Below, piece by piece: positions 1 to 9,822 of a stretch of DNA of 32,000 nucleotides. Source of the DNA: Patescibacteria group bacterium. Lineage in GTDB: Bacteria > Patescibacteriota > UBA1384 > XYA2-FULL-43-10. Both the position numbers and the translations under genes were made by a program. Below the pieces are notes generated by a model. The model did not search any database. It was not told the DNA's origin and worked only from the letters and a program-made list of their open reading frames with translations. How positions within the stretch are numbered: the first letter of the stretch is position 1; each line of letters starts with the position of its first letter. Where the stretch lies: contig JBAYVT010000005.1 in assembly GCA_041674405.1 (NCBI GenBank), positions 112,284 through 144,283 on the forward strand. Reading direction: 5' to 3'.

Positions 1-756
1 CAAAATCAGCGAATCAGGAATCGACATAATTTTTCCAAACATTATTGGCGCAGGCTCAGTAATCCCAATATAATTGCCTTCGCTCTTGCTCATTTTTTTC
101 TTACCATCAGTGCCAACCAAGAGCTTAAAAAGAACAATTTCTTGTGGAATTTGGCCAATTTTTTTCTGCAATTCTCTTCCAGCTAAAATATTGAACTTCT
201 GATCTGAGCCGCCAAATTCAATATCTGCGTTTAATGCGACTGAATCATACGCTTGCATTAGGGGATAAAGCAGCTCGTGTAAGCCAACCTCTACACGATC
301 TTTGATCCGTTTCGAAAAATCATCACGTTCAATGATTGAGGCTACAGTAAACTTTCCAGCAAGAGAAAGTATGTCACTAAAAGTCATGTTTTTGAACCAC
401 TCAGAATTGTATCTGACTTCAGTTTTTTTAAGGTCCAAAATTTTTGAAACCTGATCAAAATATGTCTTGGCATTACACTTAATTTCTTCATCAGAGAGAA
501 CAGGGCGTGTTGTATTTCTGCCCGATGGATCGCCAATTTTGGTAGTGTAGTCGCCTATCAGAAAAATAACAGTGTGTCCCATTTCCTGTAATTCTTTAAG
601 CTTCCACATCGCCACCGCATGGCCCAGATGGATGTCTGGCCTTGTCGGATCTACCCCGTATTTAATGCGAAGTTTTTTGCCTGTTTTCAATCTTTTTTGA
701 AGCGAATCACTGCTGATAATTTCTTCAACTCCAGATTTCCACAAATTATTTTTCAT
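1..756 (-). CDS. tyrS: Tyrosyl-tRNA synthetase, partial (C-terminal part lies beyond the window edge)
   Basis: Minus-strand frame from CAT at 754-756 gives MKNNLWKSGVEEIISSDSLQKRLKTGKKLRIKYGVDPTRPDIHLGHAVAMWKLKELQEMGHTVIFLIGDYTTKIGDPSGRN..., a class I aaRS HxGH region of TyrRS type, with a later KMSKSxGN motif. Not in the ORF track because it runs off the edge. Confidence 0.9.
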   Translation of the reverse strand, partial: MKNNLWKSGVEEIISSDSLQKRLKTGKKLRIKYGVDPTRPDIHLGHAVAMWKLKELQEMGHTVIFLIGDYTTKIGDPSGRNTTRPVLSDEEIKCNAKTYFDQVSKILDLKKTEVRYNSEWFKNMTFSDILSLAGKFTVASIIERDDFSKRIKDRVEVGLHELLYPLMQAYDSVALNADIEFGGSDQKFNILAGRELQKKIGQIPQEIVLFKLLVGTDGKKKMSKSEGNYIGITEPAPIMFGKIMSIPDSLIL

Positions 757-934
757 GTTTTCCTCTTTTTATGCTTCTATACTTACTAAATTTCGACTGG
801 GGAAAAGTGCCTGGAAATTTAGTAGTGTTAAGAATCTTTCCATCATTCTTGACACTTCAACCTCATCTCCGTATAATTGTGTCGTTTCAAGTTAATGTAA
901 ATTTTTTCGACTAAAAATTGACTCGTATATTCTG

Positions 935-963
935 TTTACAGAATATCAATCTGATTCTATAAT
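935..963 (+). promoter_or_regulatory. Sigma70-type promoter for the PBP1A gene
   Basis: TTTACA (935-940), 17-nt spacer, TATAAT (958-963), about 50 bp before the CDS. An inverted repeat ATATTCTG-TTTA-CAGAATAT (927-946) overlaps the -35. Confidence 0.65.
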
Positions 964-1010
964 GTAAAGCATAGAACTTCGAGAAGAAGGGTAATCGAAG
1001 AAAGGTTTAA

Positions 1011-3791
1011 ATGTCAAAAAAGCATGATCTTTTTGGAAAACTGAGAAATCCGCTCAATATCAAAAAACTCTTAACCCCACATCGCAAAAAAAAGTTTACG
1101 TGGAAAACATTAGGGAAATACGCACTTTACGCATTGGGCGCATTTGTTGTTTTTATTATCATTCTCTTTGTTTGGTATGCTAAAGATCTTCCCACCCCAT
1201 CGAAGATTGCAAGCCAAACCATGTCTCAATCCACAAAATTGTACGATCGAACCGGCAACACCTTGCTGTACGAAACCGGTAATGAAAAACGAACAATTGT
1301 AAAAAGTGATCAATTTTCCGATAACTTGAAAAAAGCAACTGTCGCAGTCGAGGATTCGGATTTTTATTCAAATCACGGATTTTCGATCCGCGGTATCATG
1401 TCCGCAGTGTGGCAAAAGGTTTCTGGAAAAACAGTGGTAATGCGCGGAGGATCAACCATTACCCAACAATATGTCAAAAATGCACTCCTAACATCTGATC
1501 GATCTTTTTCAAGAAAAGTAAAAGAACTAATCCTGTCGATCGAACTTGAATTTATGTACAACAAAGATGAAATTTTGACAATGTATTTAAATGAAATTCC
1601 CTATGGCAATTCAACCGCAGGCGCCGAAGCTGCGTCGGCAATGTACTATGGAATTCCGGCCAAAGATCTGGACTTGTCACAGGCAGCCACTATCGCCGCA
1701 ATTCCCCAAGCACCAACTTATTATTCCCCTTATGGCACGCATACTAATTCTCTAATCAATCGCAAAAATTATGTTCTCGACCGAATGGTTGATACTAAGG
1801 TAATCACCAAGGAGCAAGCGGATGCCGCCAAAGCCCAAGACACGACCACCGTTGGAACGATAATCAAACCGCGAAAAGACAATTTGATCGCACCTCACTT
1901 TGCAATGTATGTTTTGCAAGAAGCTGTTGATGAATATGGTGAACAGGCTATTCAAAATGAAGGATTAAGCATTACCACCACCCTTGATTATGACAAGCAA
2001 AAAATCGCCGAGGACGCAATAACAGCTGGCATGCCAAAAGTTGAAAAATATGGAGGATCAAACGGCGCTTTGGTCTCTGTGGACACCAAAACCGGACAAA
2101 TTCTCACAATGGTAGGATCAAAGGATTATTATGATACTTCAATTGACGGTAATGTTAATGTTACTGATTCACTACGCCAGCCAGGATCATCCTTTAAGCC
2201 CTATGTCTACGCGACAGCTCTTAAATCGAAAGAGTTTTCTCCTGCTCGAACGCTATTTGATTTAACGACAGATTTTGGCGGAGGATATGTTCCCCATGAT
2301 TATGACGGATCCACGCGCGGGCCAGTGACCCTTCGCCAAGCTCTTGATAATTCACTTAACATTCCAGCAGTCAAAACGCTTTCTCTCGCAGGCATTGATA
2401 ATGTGATTGAAACAGCAAAAAGCATGGGGGTTACTTCCTTAAATGATCGAGATAAATATGGTTTATCATTCGCCCTCGGAACTGCGGAGATCCGGCCGGT
2501 CGAGATGGCGGGAGCATTCGCAACATTTGCTACAAATGGCATACATCATGACGTAAAAAGTATATTAAAAGTAACCGATTCACATGGAAAGTTACTATAT
2601 GAATATAAACAGGAAAAAGACAAAGGAAACCAGGCGCTTGACCCACAAATTGCTTATGAGATGAGCAATATACTTTCCGATAATCAGGCGCGATCACTAG
2701 TGTTCGGCACACGCTCTCCATTGGCATTCTCCGGAAAAACAATCGGTGCCAAAACCGGCACCACTTCAGATTTCAAAGATGCATGGACGGTTGGTTTTTC
2801 AAAATCCATTGCCACTGCTGTTTGGGTGGGTAACAACAATAATACAAAGATGAGCAGCGGAGCAGATGGTGTTGTGGTCGCTGCCCCGATTTTTCATACA
2901 TACATGGACAAGGTGGTTACAGCCGATGAGCCATTTGATAAGCCAGAAGGAATTCAAACTGTTACTGTTGATCGTTTTTCAATGAAATTACCGACCGATC
3001 AAACAACCGAGACCATTACTGACATTTTTGCATCATGGCAAGTTCCCACAGAAAAAGACGCGACCAGCGTTAGCGTTAAAGTCTGCAAATCAAACGGACT
3101 CTTGGCTGGTGATGATGTAAATGAAGCCCTTACCGAATACAGGTCATATCGCGCAGTACATTCAGAGCGTCCTGACAATCCAAATTGGGAAGGGCCAGTT
3201 CGATCTTGGGCAGAGGCCCATGGCTACGCCAATTTTCCACCGACAGAAAAATGCAATCCTGGCGACGCATCATTACAAGTGACGATCAATACCCCGGGTA
3301 ATGGTGATAGCGTTTCGGGCAGCAGTTCAATATCAGCTTCAGTAAACGGGACCTTTAACATAAAAGACGTAACTTTTTATATCGATGACATATCTATTGG
3401 CAGTGACGATTCTACCCCATACGCAGTGAATTTTGATTTCGACAACCTATCTGAAGGAAATCACACCATTTCTGCCATTGCCACGGATGTAACAGGCACT
3501 ACTTCGAAAGATACGATTTCAATCATAAGCTCAAAATCTCCGCCAACAATTTCCGCAATTGATGCCCAGGTTTCCGGAACCAGTGTCACTATAACCTGGA
3601 CTACCAACAAAGAATCAAGTTCTCAGGTACTATACGGACTTACGAATGCATTGGGGTCGTCATCCTCACTTGATCCTAATAACAAAACTTCACATTCGGT
3701 TAAAATTAATGGATTATCTCCAGGAAAAAAATATTATTTTCAAGTGAAATCGGGATCAGCCACATCAGACATTAAAAATTTTCAAACTTAA
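1011..3791 (+). CDS. Bifunctional penicillin-binding protein 1A (GT51 transglycosylase plus transpeptidase) with C-terminal Ig-like and fibronectin-III-like domains
   Basis: ORF track. N-terminal TM segment, VEDSDFYSNHGFSIRGI, GGSTITQQYVKN, transpeptidase SxxK (RQPGSSFKPYVY), SxN, KTG(T)T (GAKTGTTSDFKDAW), then two beta-sandwich-like tail domains. Confidence 0.93.
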   Translation: MSKKHDLFGKLRNPLNIKKLLTPHRKKKFTWKTLGKYALYALGAFVVFIIILFVWYAKDLPTPSKIASQTMSQSTKLYDRTGNTLLYETGNEKRTIVKSDQFSDNLKKATVAVEDSDFYSNHGFSIRGIMSAVWQKVSGKTVVMRGGSTITQQYVKNALLTSDRSFSRKVKELILSIELEFMYNKDEILTMYLNEIPYGNSTAGAEAASAMYYGIPAKDLDLSQAATIAAIPQAPTYYSPYGTHTNSLINRKNYVLDRMVDTKVITKEQADAAKAQDTTTVGTIIKPRKDNLIAPHFAMYVLQEAVDEYGEQAIQNEGLSITTTLDYDKQKIAEDAITAGMPKVEKYGGSNGALVSVDTKTGQILTMVGSKDYYDTSIDGNVNVTDSLRQPGSSFKPYVYATALKSKEFSPARTLFDLTTDFGGGYVPHDYDGSTRGPVTLRQALDNSLNIPAVKTLSLAGIDNVIETAKSMGVTSLNDRDKYGLSFALGTAEIRPVEMAGAFATFATNGIHHDVKSILKVTDSHGKLLYEYKQEKDKGNQALDPQIAYEMSNILSDNQARSLVFGTRSPLAFSGKTIGAKTGTTSDFKDAWTVGFSKSIATAVWVGNNNNTKMSSGADGVVVAAPIFHTYMDKVVTADEPFDKPEGIQTVTVDRFSMKLPTDQTTETITDIFASWQVPTEKDATSVSVKVCKSNGLLAGDDVNEALTEYRSYRAVHSERPDNPNWEGPVRSWAEAHGYANFPPTEKCNPGDASLQVTINTPGNGDSVSGSSSISASVNGTFNIKDVTFYIDDISIGSDDSTPYAVNFDFDNLSEGNHTISAIATDVTGTTSKDTISIISSKSPPTISAIDAQVSGTSVTITWTTNKESSSQVLYGLTNALGSSSSLDPNNKTSHSVKINGLSPGKKYYFQVKSGSATSDIKNFQT

Positions 3792-3822
3792 AGAACTCAA
3801 ATTAAATTTGTGTTTAATCTGA

Positions 3823-3851
3823 CAAAAGCGGCAAAAAGCCGCTTTTGTCTT
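3823..3851. terminator. Bidirectional intrinsic terminator between convergent PBP1A and radA
   Basis: GACAAAAGCGGC-AAAAA-GCCGCTTTTGTC, perfect 12-bp stem followed by a T-rich tract. Sits between convergent genes. Confidence 0.85.
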
Positions 3852-3867
3852 TTGTTTAGAACTTATT

Positions 3868-5145
3868 CTAGCTTAACAAATCGTTAATTTTTACAAGTTT
3901 AGGCAAAAATTTATATCCCAATTTTTCCGCTTCCTTTTTTCTATCCACCGCCTTTGGCACAGGCCGGATTTCGCCCATAAGGCCAACTTCACCGAAGAAA
4001 CATAAATCTTTCGGTATTGGCTTATTTAAGTATGAAGAAATTATTGCGGCACAGATCGCAAGATCAACTGCCGGCTCTCGTAATTTCAAGCCGCCAATAA
4101 CATTGATGTAAATATCCTGATTGGAGAGATTGATTTTTGTTGACTTTGATATAACCGCAGCAAGAAGATTTAAACGATTTAGGTCAAAACCGGATGAGGT
4201 CCTTTTTGGGTAACCAAAATTTGTTGTAATAGTTAAAGCTTGAATTTCTACAAGAATCGGTCTTGTTCCTTCAAGCGTTACAGCCACAACACTACCAGGT
4301 GATTTGTCTGGACGTTCGGCTAAAAACAACTCGGATGGATTTTCGATCGGAATCATTCCACTCTCAGACATCGAGAATATTCCCGCCTCATTCGTTGCGC
4401 CAAATCTGTTTTTAATTCCGCGCAAAATTCTGGCATCATGAAATCGTTCGCCCTCAAGATAAAGAACGACATCAACCAAGTGTTCAAGGATCCTTGGCCC
4501 GGCGATTGACCCTTCTTTGGTGACATGGCCGATCAAAATTACCGGAATTTTTGTTGTTTTAGCCAACCTCTGGAGAAATATTCCACACTCTCTGACCTGG
4601 ACTAAGCTGCCAGGGGTCGAGGGTAAATCATTCAAAAATACCGTTTGTATTGAGTCAACTATAATAAGCTCCGGCTTGTTTTTTTTAACTTCTCGCTCAA
4701 AGGCGTTAAGGTCTCCTCCGGAATATAAAGTGATGTTCTTTGATTTTAGGCCCAACCTATCGGCCCGGAGTTTTATTTGCTCCAGAGATTCCTCAGCTGA
4801 AAGATAAAGGCAATTTTTAATTTTATCGGCAACCTCCAAAATCAAGGTTGATTTTCCGATTCCCGGTTCCCCGCCCAGAAGAATTATGGAACCCCTTACA
4901 ATTCCTCCGCCTAGTACTCTATCAAATTCAGAAATTCCGGTTTTTTCCCTACCAAAATTACCAACTTTTATATCAGATAAATTGGATTTTTCAATTGAGT
5001 CAGGTGCAATATTTTGATGTGAATCAGTAAAACTCATTTCCTTTAGGCTATTCCATTCACCGCAAGCATCACATTTTCCCGACCAGGCCGAAAATTCATT
5101 GCCACAGGAGGAGCATATAAATATCGTTTTATTCTTTTTGGCCAT
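3868..5145 (-). CDS. radA: DNA repair protein RadA/Sms
   Basis: ORF track. N-terminal CSSCGNEFSAWSGKCDACGEWNS zinc finger, GGEPGIGKST Walker A, KNRFGATNEAGIF motif, Lon-like C-terminal domain. Confidence 0.95.
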   Translation of the reverse strand: MAKKNKTIFICSSCGNEFSAWSGKCDACGEWNSLKEMSFTDSHQNIAPDSIEKSNLSDIKVGNFGREKTGISEFDRVLGGGIVRGSIILLGGEPGIGKSTLILEVADKIKNCLYLSAEESLEQIKLRADRLGLKSKNITLYSGGDLNAFEREVKKNKPELIIVDSIQTVFLNDLPSTPGSLVQVRECGIFLQRLAKTTKIPVILIGHVTKEGSIAGPRILEHLVDVVLYLEGERFHDARILRGIKNRFGATNEAGIFSMSESGMIPIENPSELFLAERPDKSPGSVVAVTLEGTRPILVEIQALTITTNFGYPKRTSSGFDLNRLNLLAAVISKSTKINLSNQDIYINVIGGLKLREPAVDLAICAAIISSYLNKPIPKDLCFFGEVGLMGEIRPVPKAVDRKKEAEKLGYKFLPKLVKINDLLS

Positions 5146-6799
5146 TTTCCCTCATATCAATAATATTAGCTGAAACATAATTTTTACCATTCCAAAAATC
5201 TTCATCAAGTGTAAATATCATATCATAACGTTTGTTTTCACTAAATTTCTGATTACAATTAAAAAATATGGACTTGATTTTCTTTTCACCAGAAACAATT
5301 CGAAACGATTGATGGGTATTATTTTTTCCCACACAGCGGATATCGGATATTTTTACATTATTAAGCTCAAAAACAGGCCTCGGATTCCCCATACCAAATG
5401 GCTCCAATTGTTTTAATCTTGAAGTTAACGATAACGAAAGTGATGCGAAATTTATCAGAGTATCAACTTTTGCAACTTTTTCAAAAAGTTTTTTATCTAA
5501 ATTATTACACAGTTGTATGAATTCCTCATAAAATTTCTGGAACTTCGATTTTTTAACAGCTAGGCCCGCTGCCCCCTTATGTCCACCAAATCTTTCAATT
5601 TTACTACTACATTTTTCTAATAGCACTATCAGATTCACACCCGAAACACTTCTTGCGCTACCAACATATGGATCGGAGCGATCAGAAAAAATAATGGCTG
5701 GACGCGAAAATTTCTCAACTAGATGGCTAGCCGAGGGACCAAGCACACCCTTATGCCAATCCCCAAGAACGACCAATGTATTATTTTTAAGTAAATTTTC
5801 TTTTTCAATCCTTTCAGCTACTTTTTTTTCAAGTGCCGCCATTTCTTCTTGGCGCTTTTCGTTTGTCTGATTCAAAGAAAAGGCCAACTCTGCCGCTTCT
5901 TTTTTATCTTTAGTCACAAGAAGCATAAAAGACTTTGTTGCATGATCAAGGCGGCCAGGGGCGTTAATTCTTGGACCAATCTGAAAACCAATGGAATATG
6001 AATTGATTTTCTCTTTATCGATATTTGCTACTTTATATAGTTCCAAAAGCCCAACATTTTTTGTTTTTTTAAGTACCATCAAACCAAATCTTGCAATAAT
6101 TCGATTCTCATCTACAAGAGGAACAACATCAGAAATTGTCGATATTGCCACAAGATCCATATTCCATTTAACAAAAGACTCACTGATTTTTTGGGGGTAT
6201 TTTTTAGACAAGCCCTGTATTAGTTTAAAAATTACCCCTGCTCCAGAAAGCTCACGAAATGGATATTTTGAACCTTTAATTTTCGGATTCATAATTGCAT
6301 ACACATCAGGCAAATTATCACCTGGCTCGTGATGGTCGGTAATAATCAGGCAAATGTCTTTTAATTTTGCATAATTAGCTTCTTCAACATTTCTAATACC
6401 AAGGTCAACGGTAATGATTATGCTGCAATCTCTTTGTAATAAATAATCGATCCCTTCAGTGCTTAGGCCGTAGCCTGATTCCCTGTTGGGAATATAAATT
6501 TCTGATCGGATATTTAGTACTTCTAGCATTTTGTGCAGCAATGCCGAGCCCGGAATTCCATCAGCATCATAGTCGGCAAATATTCCGATTTTCATGTCAT
6601 GTTCTATCGCTTCACGAATTTTATTTTCAATCTTTTTATAACTTGGCAATAATTCTGGGTTATGAAAATCTTTTTCAAAATCTGGATTCAAAAATCTTTC
6701 AACAGATTTCGAATCATATCGTTCGCCAAGAATTCCCCTATTAAATAAAATTTGAAGCATGATATCGTCATACTTTTTTTTAGCAATTTTCCATTTCAT
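5129..6799 (-). CDS. recJ: Single-stranded-DNA-specific exonuclease RecJ
   Basis: ORF track. DHH family motifs FADYDADG, ITDHHEP, PRINAPGRLDHA, GGHKGAAG. Overlaps radA by 17 bp. Confidence 0.94.
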   Translation of the reverse strand: MKWKIAKKKYDDIMLQILFNRGILGERYDSKSVERFLNPDFEKDFHNPELLPSYKKIENKIREAIEHDMKIGIFADYDADGIPGSALLHKMLEVLNIRSEIYIPNRESGYGLSTEGIDYLLQRDCSIIITVDLGIRNVEEANYAKLKDICLIITDHHEPGDNLPDVYAIMNPKIKGSKYPFRELSGAGVIFKLIQGLSKKYPQKISESFVKWNMDLVAISTISDVVPLVDENRIIARFGLMVLKKTKNVGLLELYKVANIDKEKINSYSIGFQIGPRINAPGRLDHATKSFMLLVTKDKKEAAELAFSLNQTNEKRQEEMAALEKKVAERIEKENLLKNNTLVVLGDWHKGVLGPSASHLVEKFSRPAIIFSDRSDPYVGSARSVSGVNLIVLLEKCSSKIERFGGHKGAAGLAVKKSKFQKFYEEFIQLCNNLDKKLFEKVAKVDTLINFASLSLSLTSRLKQLEPFGMGNPRPVFELNNVKISDIRCVGKNNTHQSFRIVSGEKKIKSIFFNCNQKFSENKRYDMIFTLDEDFWNGKNYVSANIIDMRENGQKE

Positions 6800-6835
6800 G
6801 TGGTTTTTAAACTTTCCACTTTATCTTCTTTGGGT

Positions 6836-7642
6836 TCATTTGTAGTATGCCCAACCATCCACTCTAAGGTCAACATATTCGTTTATATTTCCAGCCCCCT
6901 GAATCATCACAGCCTTTAAATCGTTTAGTTGTTTATTACTGGATCTCGTTGAATCGAACTTGATCATTGCCCCTTCTTTGGTGTACAAATTAAGATCAAA
7001 GGTTGTCTCTGAGATTACAAAACGATCCGGATGCAAATTAGCCATTTCGGCAATATTTTTGTAAATATTTAAAGAAAAGGCAACAAAGCTTGGGCTAACA
7101 ATTTGTTTTTGCAGATCAACTGGTAACTTTTGTGCATCCTCAATAATCGGAAGGTTGGAAAAACTTGATATGTCCGCAGTGACATCCTTGTAAGCCCTTC
7201 CTTGAGAATCAAGTAAATAAAATTTATCGCCCGTTTTCCAGACAATCGCCTGATCGAATTCCACGACTACTATCTTTAGGGCATCTGGAAAACCTTTGTA
7301 TATCTGTACGTCATTTATTTCTGGAATATTTTGTTTTATTTTCTTTTCTATATTGCCCGTGTTTACTATAAAAATATTTTTATCCTTTGGAACAATCGAG
7401 GATATTTTTTCAGTGGTAACAAGATTATTCCCTTCAATAATAATATCTCGAACCACGAAACTACTGGATAAAAATAGCCACCACAAAAATACAATCAGTG
7501 CTGCCACAATTAAAATATTCCCCATCGATAAAAATGAAGATATTCGAAGTTCAGTTCTTTTCCGCTCTTTTCTTTCTAAATAAATTTTCGGTTGCCGAAA
7601 ATTTTGAGTACGTTCTCTTTTTATCAGCCTCCTTCTTACCAT
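6836..7642 (-). CDS. ftsQ: FtsQ/DivIB-like cell division protein
   Basis: ORF track. Basic N-terminus, a single TM segment, POTRA-like domain (FVVRDIIIEGNNLVTTEKI), position in dcw cluster after murB. Confidence 0.8.
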   Translation of the reverse strand: MVRRRLIKRERTQNFRQPKIYLERKERKRTELRISSFLSMGNILIVAALIVFLWWLFLSSSFVVRDIIIEGNNLVTTEKISSIVPKDKNIFIVNTGNIEKKIKQNIPEINDVQIYKGFPDALKIVVVEFDQAIVWKTGDKFYLLDSQGRAYKDVTADISSFSNLPIIEDAQKLPVDLQKQIVSPSFVAFSLNIYKNIAEMANLHPDRFVISETTFDLNLYTKEGAMIKFDSTRSSNKQLNDLKAVMIQGAGNINEYVDLRVDGWAYYK

Positions 7643-8577
7643 TTGCCCAGATACTCAACTTCTTCCTCAAGCGTAATATGAAAATTTCTCTTTACCGCTT
7701 CTCTCATCTCGTCAGCTAAAATACGGACATCCTTTGCAGATGCGTTTTTTCTGTTTATTACAAAGTTTGCATGCTTAGATGAGACCGAGGCCCCACCAAC
7801 TCTCAATTTTTTTGCACCCGAATTTTCTAGAAGGTAACCCGCAGATTGTTCTCTGACTCGGCCGGGATTTTTGAAAAAACTGCCGGCGCTTTTATCGGAT
7901 AATGGTTGCGTCAATTTTTTTTGTTCTAAATTCTCGATTATAGTACGAAGGATCTCATCTTTCCTTTTCTGGGCTAACTGAATTTTTACAGTTAATATTA
8001 CCGGCTTAAATTCTTTATTTTTGTTTCCATTTTTTAGTTTACTTCCTCGATATTTAAAATCCATCCATTCGTGGCTGTGGCGAACGACGGCAAGCTTGCC
8101 CATCCGCTCTTCAAGAACAGTAACACTTTTTACATAGTCGCCAATTCCAAGGCTTTTGGAGCCTGCATTGTTATAAACCGCACCACCCAAAGTCCCAGGG
8201 ACCCCTGCGAGAAATTCTAATCCTCCAAGATCATACGAAGCAGCCAAATTTAATATTTTTCCCAACACCAGGCCAGAATCAGCAATAATTTCACCCGTTT
8301 CTTTGTTCACTACAACATTGGAACTTTCATTCTTTATTATCAAACCAGAAAAACCGTAATCAGAAAAAACCACATTATAGCCGCCCCCAAGAACAATAAA
8401 GGGAATTTTTAATTTGTATGCAGCATTTGTTGCAGCAACCAAGTCTTCAATATTTTTTGCAACATAAAAAAGATCAGCGATTCCCCCCACTCCAATGCTC
8501 GTATGTTCCCGAAGCAAAACATTGGTTTTTAACTCATCTCCCAGAACTACCCTGAGTTCTTGCTCCAAAGTATCCAT
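7636..8577 (-). CDS. murB: UDP-N-acetylmuramate dehydrogenase MurB
   Basis: ORF track. TSIGVGG, FIVLGGGYNVVFSD, PGTLGGAVYNNAG, KSAGSFFKNP, HANFVINRKNASAKDV. Confidence 0.95.
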   Translation of the reverse strand: MDTLEQELRVVLGDELKTNVLLREHTSIGVGGIADLFYVAKNIEDLVAATNAAYKLKIPFIVLGGGYNVVFSDYGFSGLIIKNESSNVVVNKETGEIIADSGLVLGKILNLAASYDLGGLEFLAGVPGTLGGAVYNNAGSKSLGIGDYVKSVTVLEERMGKLAVVRHSHEWMDFKYRGSKLKNGNKNKEFKPVILTVKIQLAQKRKDEILRTIIENLEQKKLTQPLSDKSAGSFFKNPGRVREQSAGYLLENSGAKKLRVGGASVSSKHANFVINRKNASAKDVRILADEMREAVKRNFHITLEEEVEYLGKW

Positions 8578-9821
8578 TATTTCTCCTTGACAATTTTTTC
8601 TGCCACCTTATAAATCGGTGGAATTCCAATAGTCAAAATTATACTTGAAGAATCGGTATTATTTATCAAATAATCACAAATTTCATCATCGTTATCAAAC
8701 ACTTTGGCCTTTTTACCCTTTGTGTTGATAATTTCTACAATCTTTTCAGAAGAAACATCGAGCTCCTCGTCCCGACCAGGCACAAAATAAATTGGTTTTA
8801 ATATAACATCATCTGCGAGTTTAAAAGCATCGGCAAATTCTGATAAAAGCGGCAAAATTCTTTTATACTGATGCGGCCAAAAAACTACAACTAATTTTTT
8901 ATCAGGAAACTGATCAGAAAGAGCCTTGATAGTTGCCCGAATTTCTGTGGGATGATGGCCATAATCGTCATAAACCTGGGCGCCGTTTATGCTTCCTTTG
9001 TACTCTAGCCTGCGATGCGCTCCTTTGAATTTTTTTAACACGCTTCTTGCAATATCCAATTTGATGCCGAGTTCTTTCCCCACAGAAATAGCGGCCTCAG
9101 AATTTAATTTATTATGTTCTCCCAGAAGGCCAATTTCGAATTCATTGCCAGAAATTTTGTACGGGACTTTCTTGGCATTTTCGTACTTATTTACAAGTTG
9201 AGATAGGTTTTGATCTTCTGCGCAATACACCAAAATCCCACCGCTTTTAATATTTTTGATAAATTCGCCAAAAGCGTCCAAAATTTCAGGTACCCCTCCC
9301 GGATATGTGTCCAGGTGCTCTTTATCAATATTCGTGATCACTGCAATATCTGGTTTAAAATCCAAAAAACTTCTGTCATATTCACAAGCCTCCATCACAA
9401 AATATTTTGATTTACCTATCCGAACCACATCCCCAAACTCCCTCACTTCTTCCCCTACCAAAACTGTCGGATCAAAGCCAGCTTCAATCATAATCAGGCC
9501 AATCAACGAAGTCACAGTTGTCTTTCCATGCATCCCGGAAATTGTTATTAAATATTTCTTCTTCGTAATATCCGCCAAGATTTCGGAGCGCTTTACTATC
9601 TTAATTCCCAATTTCTCCCCCTCTAAAACCTCAACCCATCCTGGAGATCCTGGGCTTACGGCAGAAGTTCTAACAATCACATCGATATCCGAAGATATAT
9701 TTTTAGCATCATGCCCCTTGAGCTTTAAATCAGATCCGGTCACAACATGCCCTTCATGTTCCAAAATTTTTTGTATTCCACGCATTGATACGCCCATTGA
9801 CCCGATCAGATGATAATGCAT
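8577..9821 (-). CDS. murC: UDP-N-acetylmuramate--L-alanine ligase MurC
   Basis: ORF track. SGMHGKTTVTS P-loop, EACEYDRSFL, DDYGHHPTEI, VVFWPHQYKR. Confidence 0.93.
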   Translation of the reverse strand: MHYHLIGSMGVSMRGIQKILEHEGHVVTGSDLKLKGHDAKNISSDIDVIVRTSAVSPGSPGWVEVLEGEKLGIKIVKRSEILADITKKKYLITISGMHGKTTVTSLIGLIMIEAGFDPTVLVGEEVREFGDVVRIGKSKYFVMEACEYDRSFLDFKPDIAVITNIDKEHLDTYPGGVPEILDAFGEFIKNIKSGGILVYCAEDQNLSQLVNKYENAKKVPYKISGNEFEIGLLGEHNKLNSEAAISVGKELGIKLDIARSVLKKFKGAHRRLEYKGSINGAQVYDDYGHHPTEIRATIKALSDQFPDKKLVVVFWPHQYKRILPLLSEFADAFKLADDVILKPIYFVPGRDEELDVSSEKIVEIINTKGKKAKVFDNDDEICDYLINNTDSSSIILTIGIPPIYKVAEKIVKEK

Positions 9822-9822
9822 A

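Noticed and set aside
784-900. Possible T-box riboswitch upstream of tyrS
   Set aside because: No T-box core sequence recognisable; only a simple inverted repeat is present.
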